From Carcharhinus amblyrhynchos (Eukaryota), in the NCBI GenBank assembly GCA_965287045.1, contig OZ336879.1, positions 56,048,001 through 56,112,000 of the forward strand: a DNA stretch of 64,000 nucleotides, written 5' to 3'. Below the pieces are notes generated by a model. It saw only the letters and a program-made list of their open reading frames with translations, did no database searches and was not told the origin of the DNA. The translations under genes were made by a program, and so were the position numbers. Below, one piece after another: positions 49,289-62,479 of this stretch (the stretch's first letter is position 1; the number at the start of each line of letters is the position of its first letter).

Positions 49289-51334
49289 TTACAGATAGTG
49301 CGACATGAACCCGAGATCCTTGTTGAGACCGTCCTCATGTGTGCAGAACTTGGCTATCAGTCTCTGCTCAGTGACTCTGCGCAGTCGTGTATCGTGAAGG
49401 CCGCCTTGGAGAACGCTTACCCGAAGGTCAGAGGCTGAACGCCCATGACCACTGAAGTGTTCGCCAACAGGAAGGGAACAGTCTTGCCTGGTGATTGTCG
49501 AGAGATGTTCATTCATCCATTATTGTAGCGTCTGCATGGTCTCCCCAACGTACCATGCTTCGGGACATCGTTTCTTGCAACGTATGAGGTAGACAACGTT
49601 GGCCGAGTTGCAAGAGTATTTACCGTGTACCTGGTGGATGGTATTCTCACGTGTGATGATGGTATCCGTGTCGATGATCCGGCATGTCTTGCAGAGGTTG
49701 CTGTGGCAGGGTTGTGTGGTATTGTGGTCACTGTTCTTCTGAAGGCTGGGTAGTTTGCTGCAAACAATGGTCTGTTTGAGGTTGTGTGGTTGTCTGAAGG
49801 CAAGAAGTGGGGGTGTGGGGATGGCCCTGGCGAGATGTTCGTCTTCATCAATGATATGTTGAAGACTCCAGAGAAGATGTCGTAGCTTCTCCGCTCTCGG
49901 GAAGTACTGGACGACGAAGGGTACTCTGTCCACCATGTCCCGTGTTTGTCTTCTGAGGAGATCGGTGCAGTTTTTTGCTGTGGCGCATCGGAACTGTCAA
50001 TCTATGAGTCGAGCGCCATATCCTGTTGTTATGAGGGTATCTTTCAGCGTCTGGAGGTGTCTGTCATGATCTTCCTCATCTGAGCAAATCCTGTGTATAC
50101 GGAGGGCTTGTCCATAGGGGATGGCTTCTTTAACATGTTTAGGGTGGAAGCTGGAGAAGTGGAGCATTGTGAGATTGTCTGTGGGCTTGCAGTACAGTGA
50201 GGTGCTGAGGTGACCGTCCTTAATGGAGATGTGTGTGTCCAAGAATGCAACTGATTCTGGAGAATTGTCCATGGTGAGTCTGATGGTGGGGTGGAACTTG
50301 TTGATGTCATCATATAGTTGTTTCAGTGATTGTTCACCATGAGGCCAAAGGAAGAAAATGTCATCGATGTATCTAGTGTATAGCATCGGTTGAAGATTCT
50401 GTGCGGTGAAGAAGTCTTGTTCGAACCTGTGCATGAAGATGTTGGCATATTGAGGTGTGAATTTGGTCCCCATGGCTGTTCCGTGTGTCTGGATGAAAAA
50501 CTGGTTGTTGAAGGTGAAGACATTGTGGTCCAGGATAAAGCGGATGAGTTGTAAAATTGCATCTGGAAACTGGCAGTTGTCGGCATTGAATACTGAGGCA
50601 GTCGCAGCAATGCCATCGTCGTGGGGGATGTTGGTGTAGAGCGCTGAGACATCCATTGTGATGAGGAGTGTCCCTGGTTCAACTGTTCCATGTGTGCTGA
50701 GTTTCTGTAGGAAGTCCGTAGTGTCGCTACAAAAGCTGGGGGTTCTTTGTACAGTGGGTTTCAGGATGCCCTCGACGTAGTCGGAAAGGTTCTCACACAG
50801 AGTCCCATTGTCTGATCTGATGGGACGGCCGGGTGTGTTTGCCTTGTGTATCTTTGGGAGGCAGTAGAGATCTCCAACGCGGGGAGTACGTGGAATGAGA
50901 GCATGGAGGGTGCTCTGAAGGTCCGGATCAAAGGTCTTGATCAGAGTGTTGAGTTGACGAGTGTGTTCTTTGGTCAGATCTGTGGGTAATTGTCTGTAGT
51001 GTTCCTCATTGTTTAGTTGTCGGTACACTTCTTTACAGTAATCCGTTCTGTTCAGCATGATGATGGCCCCTCCTTTGTCTGCTGGTTTGATGACAATGTT
51101 GCGATTGGTCTTGAGAGCGTGAATGGCGTTGCATTGTGCTTGGGTGATGTTCGGGGCTGTCTTGTGAGTGCGGTTGATGAATCTGGTGTTAACGTACCTC
51201 CTGATGGTTTGGGTGTACAAGTCCAGTCGAGGGCAGCGGCCTTCCGGAGGAGTCCAGTTGGATTCCTTCCTCTTAGGTTGCTGCACTGCGGATCTCTCTG
51301 TTGGCTGTTCTGGTTCATTGGCTGTCTCATTGAC
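49289..51334 (-). pseudogene. Penelope RT + GIY-YIG endonuclease ORF, 5'-truncated, two in-frame stops
   Basis: IKPADKG, LPKIHK, MDVSALYTNIP, GTAMG, RYIDDIF; C..LCKTC linker; NVVYLIRC..C...YVGET; ORFs 49997-51358, 49520-49936 and 49289-49516 are in one frame, separated by TGA and TAA. Confidence 0.92.
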
Positions 51335-52459
51335 TTCTTCACCGCACAGAATCTTCAACCGATGCTATACACTAGATACATCGATGACATTTTCTTCCTT
51401 TGGCCTCATGGTGAACAATCACTGAAACAACTATATGATGACATCAACAAGTTCCACCCCACCATCAGACTCACCATGGACTATTCCCCAGAATCAGTTG
51501 CATTCTTGGACACACGCATCTCCATTAAGGACGGTCACCTCAGCACCTCACTGTACCGCAAGCCCACAGACAATCTCACAATGCTCCACTTCTCCAGCTT
51601 CCACCCTAAACACGTTAAAGAAGCCATCCCCTGTGGACAAGCCCTCCGTATACACAGGATTTGCTCAGATGAGGAAGATCATGACAGACATCTCCAGACA
51701 CTGAAAGATACCCTCATAACAACAGGATATGGCGCTCGACTCATAGATTGACGGTTCCGATGTGCCACAGCGAAAAACCGCACCGATCTCCTCAGAAGAC
51801 AAACACGGGACATGGTGGACAGAGTACCCTTCGTCGTCCCGTACTTCCCGGGAGCGGAGAAGCTACGACATCTTCTCCGGAGTCTTCAACATATCATTGA
51901 TGAAGACGAACATCTCGCCAGGGCCATCCCCACACCCCCACTTCTTGCTTTCAGACAACCACACAACCTCAAACAGACCATTGTTCGCAGCAAACTACCC
52001 AGTCTTCAGGAGAACAGTGACCACAATACCACACAACCCTGCCACAGCAACCTCTGCAAGACATGCCGGATCATCGACATGGATACAATCATCACACGTG
52101 AGAATACCATCCACCAGGTACACGGTAAATACTCTTGCAACTCGGCCAACGTTGTCTACCTGATACGTTGCAAGAAAGGATGTTCCGAAGCATGGTACAT
52201 TGGGGAGACCATGCAGAAGCTACGACAACGGATGAATGAACGTCGCTCGACAATCACCAGGCAAGACTGTTCCCTTCCTGTTGGCGAACACTTCAGTGGT
52301 CATGGGCGTTCAGCCTCTGACCTTCGGGTAAGCGTTCTCCAAGGCGGCCTTCACGATACACGACTGCGCAGAGTCACTGAGCAGAGACTGATAGCCAAGT
52401 TCTGCACACATGAGGATGGTCTCAACAAGGATCTTGGGTTCATGTCGCACTATCTGTAA
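51332..52459 (+). pseudogene. Second copy of the Penelope ORF C-terminal half (RT YIDD, thumb, GIY-YIG), one in-frame TGA
   Basis: YTRYIDDIFFLW...GARLID*RFRC...VVYLIRCKKGCSEAWYIGET...VGEHFSGHG...GLNKDLG; the two ORFs are in frame across TGA 51749-51751. Confidence 0.92.
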
Positions 52460-52670
52460 CCCCCGTGACTTGCCTGGGTTTGCAAAACCTCACTTACTGT
52501 ACTGTCTGGAGACAATACACATCTCTTTAACCCGTGATCAGTGCTCCTTCCACTCACATTGTCAGCCACTTTAAGACTTGAACGGCAGGTTAGGTGTAAA
52601 GATTCGCATTCTAATCAGTAATCTGTAAACTGTGCTTTATATGCTCTGTCTGAGGCCAGAACTCTCCATT

Positions 52671-52704
52671 CACCTGACGAAGGGACTAACCCTGAAAGCT
52701 AGAG
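52671..52704 (+). ncRNA. Minimal type I hammerhead ribozyme motif (core intact)
   Basis: cac-CTGACGA-AGGG-actaa-CCCT-GAAA-GCTA-gag; AATAAA at 52717-52722. Confidence 0.8.
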
Positions 52705-52797
52705 TGTGTACTATCAAATAAATTGGTTGGACTTAAACCTGGTGTTGTCAGACTTTTTACTGTGTTTACCCCAGTCCAACGCCAGCATATCTACATC

Positions 52798-53960
52798 TTA
52801 GCTAATACAGGCATAAATTATCTGTGTGCTCTCTTGATCACTCTGTCTGCCTGTCTTGCCATCTTCAGGGATCTATGAGCATGTATTGCAAAGGTCCCTC
52901 TGTTTTTCTATACTTCTCACTATCTAATTGTTTATTGTGAGTGCTCTTGTCTTGTCAGCCTTCCCCAAAAGCGTGACCTCACATTTGTCCCGATTGAAGT
53001 TATTTGCTAGTGTTGCACCTACCTAACTAGTCCATTGATATTGAAATTTAAGAATTCAAGAATATAGGCAGAGAAGTAGGCAATTCAGCACATTGAGCCT
53101 TCAATATGATCTAACTGATCTTCATTGCAATGTGTTTTACCACTCTATCCTGTTATCCCTTGATGCCACTGGTGATTAGAAATCCAGCCATGTCTGCTTT
53201 AAACACACACAATGACTGAGCTTCTGCAACTCGCTGTAGCAGAGAATTCCAAGATTCACAACCCTCTGAGAGAGAAAAAAAAACTCCTCATCTTGGTCCT
53301 CAGTGGCCACCCTCTTTTCTGCGTCTTATATCTGCATCTAACCTATCCATCCCATTAAGTTTTTTAGGTTTCAATGTGGATCATCTCTCATTCTTCAAAA
53401 CTCTGGAGAACACAAGCCCATTTTCTGCAATCGCTCTTTATAGGTCAGTCCTGCCATCCTGGGAACGCATCTGGTGAATCTTCATTTCACTTTTTCTATT
53501 GCAATAATATCCTGCCCAAGGTAAGGGGGGTCATGCTTCCAGGTGAGGATCTGCCTCCTGGGGGATGGGGGGGGGGGGATCTGTCGAGGTTGGGGGTCTG
53601 CCTTCCAGGGGGATTTGCTTCCTGCGGAGTTGTCTGCCTTCCATGGGGGGAGGTGGGTCTTCTGAGGTGGCGGGCATGGGGGGGGATCCTCACTTCTGAG
53701 AGTAATTGCTTTCCAGTCCTCCTCCTCTACACTATTGGCCAGAAAGGATTGAATAGTGATGGTCAGAGCCTCTGTTATTTCTTCTTGTGTTTCCCTTAAG
53801 GCCAAGGATACAGTTCATCTAGGCCGGGGGATGTATCCATCTTCAAACATATTAAAACCGTTAATACTTCCTCCCTCACAATGTTAATTTAATCTAATAT
53901 TTCACACTCCTCCTCCCTGATTGTAATATTTGTATTTCTCCACTTGTGAAAACTAAACAC
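52798..53960 (-). mobile_element. CR1 fragments (right part of the Penelope host plus an additional CR1 3' piece)
   Basis: gccatcttcagggatctatg..., agagaattccaagattcacaaccctctg, catctaggccgggggatgtatcc. Confidence 0.7.
53522..53700 (+). repeat. G-rich degenerate minisatellite
   Basis: Repeated (ggg)atctgccttcc(a)gg-like units with long G runs. Confidence 0.6.
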
Positions 53961-55356
53961 AGGCTCAGGTTTTCATGTTTGAGGTGGGAAAGTGGAGTTG
54001 AGAACTTTTCCAAAGTCGCAGTCCCACCTCCAATCCACGACTGTCAGTTAGCCAGTAGGACTTTCATATAATGCAGATGGATATAGATGTGCAGGGGGCT
54101 GGTTCTCAGATGATCAGGTTAAAAGGCAACCTCTATTTGCAAAGAGATCACCTGGTTCTGCAGATCAGTGTGAGCCCATCCCCAACCCCACCACTACAGT
54201 ACTTCATAACCCCATACCCGCCACCCCTCTGCTCACCTCTCATGAACCTCCCTCCACCTTCCTAAATTCCTCATCCTACTTACCCTTTTCCTTCACCTGC
54301 TTACTCCTTGCAAATCCCTTACCACTCTGAATGCCACTCAATGCCACCAACCGCAGCACTTGTCCCTCCCCCCCCCATCCAGCCAGCCCACCGGCCCATG
54401 CAGCTAGCACCCACTCAAAATGGAACTCATAAGCCTTAAACAAATATCTGGAAGACTTTAAAAAACTCACAAACTTCACTTACAAACACCAATCCTGTAT
54501 CGAAGCTCATAGTTCTATTGAAATAACAAACATTGCTTGATGGCCACTTCTAAAATATTTTCTTCAGAATAATACCATTTATTCCTTGCCTTCAATTATC
54601 CTAATCTAAACTTTGTATCCCTTTTGTTTTAATTTTATTCCTTCTGACCATTCTTGTATATCTAATTCTGTTCTGATTGCTTTTAAAAGGTTTCTCCTGA
54701 TTTGAAAGCAATTGTCTCAATCAACTGACCACATTAACTATTTCATGTCATATCACTTATCAAGTAATGGAACATAACTGAGACCCATTCTTCAGTGCAT
54801 AATCACCAAGCATGTCCATATGTGAGTTTCTTCACAGATAACAAGTCACATCTGCACAATTGTCTGAATATTATACGTTCCATCTGATACTTGCTGGTGA
54901 GCTTGTCAAAAGATCATGGGAAGATTGGGTTCTGAAGATCTTTGCTTATGGTAGTGGCAATGTACATTAATGTACATTAATATCAGATTAATATATTCCA
55001 TTAAGCTGTGCCCTGATGATTTTTCCAATTTCTATTTGATGGTATAATTTTTTCTGTCTCTTCATTATTTTTTCACCTTCATTTAGTTATCATTCTATCT
55101 AAAGGAAATTTACTTTCCAATGCCACATCCTCATATTAAAGAAAAAATATTCCGCTGTGGTCGGAGAGGTCCATAGTAAAGTAGAAGTTCCTAGGTCCAT
55201 AGTAAAGAATCACCAACCTTTGAGTCACCTTGGTTCTCTGGCGCGACACAGGTTGATGACCACAGGTCTGCTCCTTGCAGCCCTGATTCATTTTGAAAAT
55301 TGGAATTTACTCCAGTTTTAGAATATTTTTGGGAGACTCCCACCCAATATATTTCA

Positions 55357-55690
55357 AGGGAAGGTGTTGTGCACTGGTATTTTCACTGGACTGGTAATCA
55401 GGAGACGCCGGTTCTGAGGACTTGGGTAATATCCCAGCACAGTAGATGGTGGAATTTGAATTCAATAAAAACCTGGAATTAAAAGTGAAATAATATCCAG
55501 GAAATTATTGCTGATTGTCAGAAAAACTTATCTGGTTCATTAATGTCCTTTAGGGAAGGAAATCTGCCATCTTTAGCTGGTCTTGCTGACATGTGACCCC
55601 AGACCCACAGAAATGGGGTTGTCTCTCAAGGGCAATTGGGGATGGGCAATAAATGCTGGCCAGCCAGCAATGCCCATATCCCATGAGAAA
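55357..55690 (+). mobile_element. tRNA-headed SINE, same family as 26566-26920
   Basis: ggtggaatttgaattcaataaaaacctggaatt...tctggttcattaatgtcctttagggaaggaaatctgcc...aagggcaattggggatgggcaataaatgctggcc. Confidence 0.8.
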
Positions 55691-57244
55691 ATAAAACAAG
55701 TCATGAAATCATATATTTTTCATTTTGCAATGCCTTCATTAATGTTCTCATTTGAAGATTTCAGTCTGTCCTAGAAGTTTGGGCTGAATGCTGATATTTT
55801 TTGCCCAGAACTGTGGTACTATGACTCAAACTGAGTTGTCTCATCTGAGTATTTGGCACAGTTATTTCCCCACTTGCTTCAGTGAGGAGATCCCATGCTG
55901 CTTGTCAAATTAAATGTCGTGCTACAGGATGCAAAGAAATTTACTGAAATATATGTGTGTTACACAAAAGACAAGTTGAAGATTGCATGTGTATAAATCC
56001 TACTCCTGGATGATATATGTTTGATTGTAGGAGGTCCAGGAGAGTGCCAAGAACAATACTGCTTGATATCATAACCAGAATTATTTATCTGTTTTAATCT
56101 GGACCAGCTATGTTTCAGTTTAACAGCCACCTCGAAGCTCATATATCAAGGTGATCAGATGAAAAAGTCAAAAACTTAGATTTAAATGTGGTTGCTTTCT
56201 TTATCATGATGTAAATATTCATTGATGCGTGAAAAAGAACATAGATTTTGCAAGGGACTTTTTAAGTTTATTTGCCTGGAGTAGCAAGGCCTAATAGGAG
56301 CTGGAAGGGACTGGTGCCTCCTCTCCACACAGTAACCATTTTACTGAAATGTTCACAGAAATGACTTTATATCTAATTTTCCAATAATACAAACAGAAAA
56401 TGCAGGAGATACTCAATAGCTGTACAACATAAGGAGAAAAGTAAACCCAAATATTAACTTGGATTTCATGGTGGAGTGAGGTGAGGGGTGGCAGATGGAG
56501 GAGAGGATAGGGGCACTGGATCTGGAGGGCAGATGGATTAGAACAAAGGGGAGGGTACCCTCTCCCACCCTTCCCCCACGAGTAATGAGTCCCCCACTTT
56601 GTTCCTACCTTTTCAAAGAAGCCATTTCAAAAACAGCCTTTACGCTTTTGCCCACCTGCTGCCGCCCAGCATTCGATGGCAATGGAGCTGGATTGATGCT
56701 GTTAATTGACAGTTAATTCAGCGTAATGGTTTCAATAAGTCTAAGAGTGGATGGCTTAGTGAATGCCTTCCCCACTACCTATATGATGCTCTGTTGAGAT
56801 TAACCAATTAAATTTAAAAAAAACGGAGAGACAAGAGGGCAGCACCTTAAAGAGATATTGCATCAAAAAAAATGAAATCTCAAAGGAAACTTAAAACATT
56901 CAAATAGCAAGTAACGTGAAGGGCCGACAAAACACCTGAATCTTTGCGGTACCCACTGAGGACAGAATGCCCAATATTATGATGACCAGGCTGGGTGTGA
57001 ATGGGAATGAGGTAGACTAGGTACCCAACATATTTTATGTACCACCCCCCATTAAAAACACATCCAGCAGGGCTTCATAAAATCCAGTCCTAGGTTTCTC
57101 TGCCCACAAACGCTGCCAGACCAATGGAGTAGTTACAGCAATTTCTATTTTTATTTCAAACTTCCAGCATTGACTTTCAATAAAATATTTTGTGGGGAAT
57201 AATATTATCATGAATGCAAACCAAGTTATATCAAGCATCACTGT

Positions 57245-57845
57245 TTTGATTTGATTTGATTTATTATAGTCACATGTATTAGTATACAGTGAAAAGTGTT
57301 GTTTCTTGCATGCTATACAGACAGAACATATCATTCATTGAGTACATAGGAGAGAAGGAAATAAGAGGGTGCAGAATATAGTGTTGTAGTTACAGATAGG
57401 GTGAAGAGAAAGATCAGCTAAATAAATGACAGATGCATTATTATTTATTAGTCACAAGTAGGCTTACATTAACACTGCAATGAAGTTATTGTGAAAATCC
57501 CTGAGCTGTCACATTCTGTCACCTATTCAGGTACATCAAGGAAGTCTTTAGCATGGCCAATGCACCTAACCTAATTCTAATGGCAGCAGGGAAGAAGATA
57601 TTCTTGAGTGAGATGGTGTGTGTTCTCAGACTTTTCGATTCTTTTCCCTGACTGAAGAAGGCGGAAGAGACTATGTCCAGGGAGTGTGGGGTCCTTGATT
57701 ATGCTGGTTGCTTTTCTGAGGCAGCGGCAAGTGTAGATGGAGTCAACGGATGGGAAGCTGGTTTGCATGATGGACTGAGCTACGTTCACAAACCTTTGTA
57801 GTTTCTTGAGGGCTTGGTCAGAGCAGGAGCCATACTAAACTGTTA
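57245..57845 (-). mobile_element. Rex1/Babar-type LINE 3' fragment with nested tail-B SINE piece (57440-57572)
   Basis: VAQSIMQTSFPSVDSIYTCRCLRKATSIIKDPTLPGHSLFRLLQSGKR; 3' (aatca)n microsatellite. Confidence 0.85.
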
Positions 57846-58632
57846 TCTGTCATTTGTGAGCTCGACCTACTGAATTCAAATGGGTGCAGGGCTATCTTAT
57901 TGGAGAGTGCGTTGAGAGGGCAATATTAAATATGAAGTGTTGCAGATGTCAGGGTGAGGCCAGTAATTGTTTGGGAATGCGCTGAAGCTGAATGCTCAAA
58001 TAATCATTGGTTTTGCTTAAAAGCCCACTATATAACAGCCTCATCAAGTTCATTATTGTTATTAGATTTCAATTCTTTAAATTGTATTTGTTTTAAGGGA
58101 ATTTGACATGAAAGCATAAATCAGATTGGTAAATGGACTTCAAACTATAAAAGCTATTAATCACACAAGCTCCAAGCTTAACTGTATTATTTTTAGTTAG
58201 TCTGCCAGAGGTTGCCAACTATAACGCTCACCACCATGATTAATGGTGATTTTATGCAGCAACCTCCTCAAGTCAGATACATTTAATTATAGTTTGGGAA
58301 TTTTTGTATCCAATGGGAATTGAATGTCAAATAACCATTGCCAGTTGAATGATCAGATATTAAATCAATAAGTATCTTGTGAATTAAAGTTTGGTCACTT
58401 TTGTTAGAAAAATCTATCTGAAGAAAGAGGAAATTCTATTTTCTGGTCGCAATGGCTTTTCTCTTTAAAAAAAATGGACAGGTAGAATTTGGTTCCTTTG
58501 CTCTCTAGTGCAAATTCTTAACTTTTGAAGAATTGATTATTTTGATGACAGTAACCAGAAATATAAAAAATAAATCAGCACAACAAAGTTCAGGGAAATG
58601 TATTGAATAGTATATAACATGTCTGTATTAAA

Positions 58633-58901
58633 TAAAGTTTACAAGTAAGGCTTACATTAACACTGCAATGAAGTTACTGTGAAATTCCCCTGGTCACCAC
58701 AGTCTGGCACCTGTTGAGGTCAATGCACCTAACCAGCCCATCTTTCAGAGTGTGGGAGGAAACCAGAGCAAACCCATACAGACACAGGGAGAACATGCAA
58801 ACTCCACACAGACTATGACCCAAGCAAAGAATTAAATCTGGGTCCCTGGCATTGTGAAAACATTGTGCTACCATGCCGTCCCACTGTGCTACTGTGCCAC
58901 T
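58633..58901 (-). mobile_element. V-SINE, tail-B subfamily
   Basis: ggcttacattaacactgcaatgaagttactgtgaaa...gtgggaggaaaccagagca...gcaaactccacacagac. Confidence 0.85.
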
Positions 58902-59659
58902 TGATGGTAAAGAACTTGAGTATTGCTGAAAAAAGAAGCATTAGGACATATGGAAAGATGCCAAATTTAAGTGTGAGCTGCAATTTTATGTGCATAAATG
59001 AGAAAAGGGTGCTGATTGGGTAACTTAACTCTGGTCAAAGTGTTGTGATGGGAAAAGAACCAAGGAACTATTGCATTTCATATTTTTGCTTCATCAAAAA
59101 GGCAAAATGTGTGGACATGTTTCCCCCATGAAGGACAGTCCCCTGTATGTGAACATATGTAGGTTCGAGCAAGAATAAGTGAAACACATTGTGAGTCTAA
59201 CTGATAGGGCAATAATCTCCTGGATCCCCAGCATCAGATTTGAAGGGTACTCTATAATCCATCTTAAATTTCTCTTGAAAGTTCTCAATTGTCCAGAGAG
59301 CTAATTTCTCCTGGACTGTTGTGCTGCACTGGGGACCATTCAACAAAGTGAACTTGTAAACTTTATAAATTGTAAACTTTGGATGGTTAAGCCAGTTTTC
59401 CCCTCAATGTTAATCTGAAAGACTTAGAAGGAAATAAAGCACTTTGAACTTCAGAGTACAGTGTCTCCTCTCTAATGTGTGGAAACCCACCCCAACATCC
59501 CATTCATTGACCTTCAAAACATAGCTTCACCCTTTTAATGGGAGTTTTAAACGCACCTGCTTTATGGCAGCTAGTTCTCTAAAAGGGAGCATGTCCTCCT
59601 TTGCAGCACTCCTTTAACATTCTATTGTTGCAGCTTTGCTCCTTTTAAGTCAAGAAGGA

Positions 59660-60205
59660 TTGGTGAGCTTTGGTGAGTTGCTGCAATGCAATTTGTAAAT
59701 GGTACAAGTTGCTGCCACTATGTGTCAAACATGGAAGGAGTGAATATTGAAGGTAGTAGATGGGGTGCCACTCAAATGTGTTGCTCTTTCTAGGTTGGTG
59801 TTGAGCTGTTTGAGTGTTGTTGGACCTGCACTCATGCAGGCAAGTGGAAAGTATTCCGTTACACTTCTTCCTGACTTGTGCCTTCGCAGATGGTGGACAG
59901 GGGAATCAGGAGGTCAGTTACTCACTGCAGAATTCCCAACCCTTGACCTGCTCTTGTAGCAGTGGTATTTATATTGCTGGTCCAGTTCAGATATTGGTCA
60001 ACAGGATGTTGACAGTAGAGCATTCAATGATGGTAATGCCATTGAATGTCATGTGGAGATGGTTAGATTCTCTCGTGTTGCAGGTTATTATTGCCTGATA
60101 CTTCTGTGACACCAGTCATACTCATCACTTGTCAGCCCAAGCCAAGATATAAACATGGACTACTTCGGTAATGAGGAGTTGAAAATGGTGCATTGTGCAA
60201 TCATC
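59660..60205 (-). mobile_element. CR1/L2-group LINE fragment
   Basis: Antisense-collinear with ~25850-26410 (gagtgttgttggacctgcactcatgcaggcaagtggaaagtattcc). Confidence 0.7.
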
Positions 60206-60914
60206 CTTGTTAGTTGAATGTTATTTATTAATGAAGGAAAAGACTGTTGCTGGTAGGTAGGATTATACTGCCTTTAATATGATCGCAACGTAAAACTTTT
60301 GTGAATGAATTGATTACTCTGCTCTTCATTGTTGAATATCATAAGCCACATATGACTGCTGTCCACTAATCTTATGGAAGGATAGCTTTTCAAAAGAAAG
60401 ACATTCTACTGTATTTCTAAATTTTTAACAATGACTTACTTTTCATACATGCATTTAGAAATAAATATTTCTCATACTTTGATCAAATGACCAGAGTTGC
60501 TCCTTAGGCAGGTAATCAACATCAAAGCTTCTCATGGTCTTGTGTGTTGACAAATAGGTTAAGCTTCATTCGAATTATTTATTATGGTAGAAAGCTAGAT
60601 TGGCACCAGCACTTGCATGTATAATTTAGCACAGAGCTTAATCAGGTTTCTACACGATCACTACGATTTAGATTATTCCTCACTGTATTTTCCATTTTAT
60701 TTAGGATTATCCAAGGAACACTCTTTGACAAAAGGAAAAGAAGTTGGGAAAATGTATTTGAGATAAAATTCTACCAAAATGTATACAAGAAAAATATTTA
60801 GTATTTGGTTTTTTCCTATTTTGTGCTCAACATGATGGATGATAGGAAATGTTCAGGAATTAATAAAATTCATCAGATTAGAAGTTTGCACAGTGTACAT
60901 TAGACTATTTTATC

Positions 60915-61260
60915 TTCGTGATGCTGGCCACGGCTACATTTATTGCCCATCTTTAATTGCCCCGAGTTGGAGCTGGTTGAACTTCTTTCAATTCTTTGAT
61001 AGGATATGGGCATCAAGCGGCCAGCAATTTTATTGCCCATTCCTAACTACCTTTAAAAAGGTGTTGAGCCTCCTTCATGAACCGCTGCAATGGGTGCAGA
61101 TACACGCACAGGGCTGTTAGACAGGGGGTTCCAGGATTTTGACTCAGTAGCAATGAAGGAACAGCAATATAGTCTCATATCAGGATGGTGTGTGGCTTGG
61201 AGGTACAACTTGCAAGTGATGGCATTCCCATGCATCTGCTGCCCTTGCCCTTCTAGGTCC
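60915..61260 (-). mobile_element. CR1/L2-group LINE 3' end(s)
   Basis: Two tttattgcccat tails; SKSWNPLSNS remnant. Confidence 0.7.
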
Positions 61261-62479
61261 TCCCACCGTTTGTTAAGCAGGGAATTTATTTTCATCATTA
61301 TTGAGTGTTTAAGTCTTGCGACACTTCTCAATTTATTTTCATCATTATTGAAAGTTTTAGTTTTGCATTGCTTTTCAAAGCTCAGATGACAATGTGACCC
61401 TATGTTAAAGGAAGTAGGCTTAATACAAATGGCGATTCAAATTTAACTGGCTGGTATTTTGAAAATTCTATCAGAGGCCATTTAAACCTCCAGTTGTGAT
61501 AGATGCAAAAATAATTGACCAGTTTTTTCCTTCGAAGAATTATTTTTGTCCAACAACTTCTATTTCGATTTCTCAACGTACTAGAAAGTTACTTTTTAAA
61601 GCACACTCCACTTTCAATTTTAAATGCTGCTCAACTTGTTAATTTTATAACATCTTCAAAAACTCAGAGCCGGCATTAGCATTCCAATGTAAATGATTCT
61701 AATTTATGATTGTGACTGAATAAGATGAAAATAGCTATTATACAACTGAGAATCACTGATCGGGCAGATTCAGGATTTTGTAGCAGGAATGAAACCAGAG
61801 GACTGAATGGTAATAATTGATTCAGTGCAGTGGCATATGGAACCCCCAGGAACATAATTTAAATTGAGGTGTTGTAGAGTGTAAATGTGATCTATGCAAT
61901 AACTATTTCACAGTCAGATTTGTCACATAGGACTGGAATTCCATTTTATTATCAATGGGCAGAAAATATATCACATGCTGCCACCAAGCAAAGTCATTTA
62001 GTGTCCAAAAGACACAACAGAAGATTATTTTGTTACATTTTCTAAGCTATACTATTATATGACTAGATATCAGGCAATAACAGTAAACTGCTGATTGCAG
62101 GGAATGTGAGATCCATTTATGGCAGCGACTACTAATATTACATACATGAGGTTATCTCATGAAAACCCAAAATATGCAACAGTTGTTTATCTGAGGAAGT
62201 TGTGACCTCTACGTTACATAATGGATGTTCAAAGTCAAGAACGTATCACATGGTAAACTCACATCTGACCACACCATATGACATCTACTGCATTTAACAA
62301 TACCCCTTGTAAAGTTGGACAAGAAAAAAAGCAACCAAGGTTACTAGATACAGTTAGAACAAGTGACATTTTTTCGTCAAAAAGAAGGGTAAGAAGTGAC
62401 CTAATAGATAGCTTGAAATGTATGAAGGACCTCAACAGAGTAGCCAGAGAGAAAATACTTTCAATTGTACACATTATCT

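Larger units (their letters stand above)
48999..52797. mobile_element. Penelope-like element (probably Neptune group), two divergent arms forming an inverted repeat
   Basis: Minus arm 48999-~51334 and plus arm 51332-52797; RT + GIY-YIG ORF remnants; pLTR hammerheads; TSD cttagctaata (48987-48997, 52797-52807). Confidence 0.93.

Noticed and set aside
51017-51751. 244-aa plus-strand ORF as a novel fusion protein
   Set aside because: The first ~105 codons are the antisense of the minus arm, and the ORF simply crosses the inversion junction at ~51332; likewise the first 8 residues of ORF 49997-51358 are antisense of the plus arm
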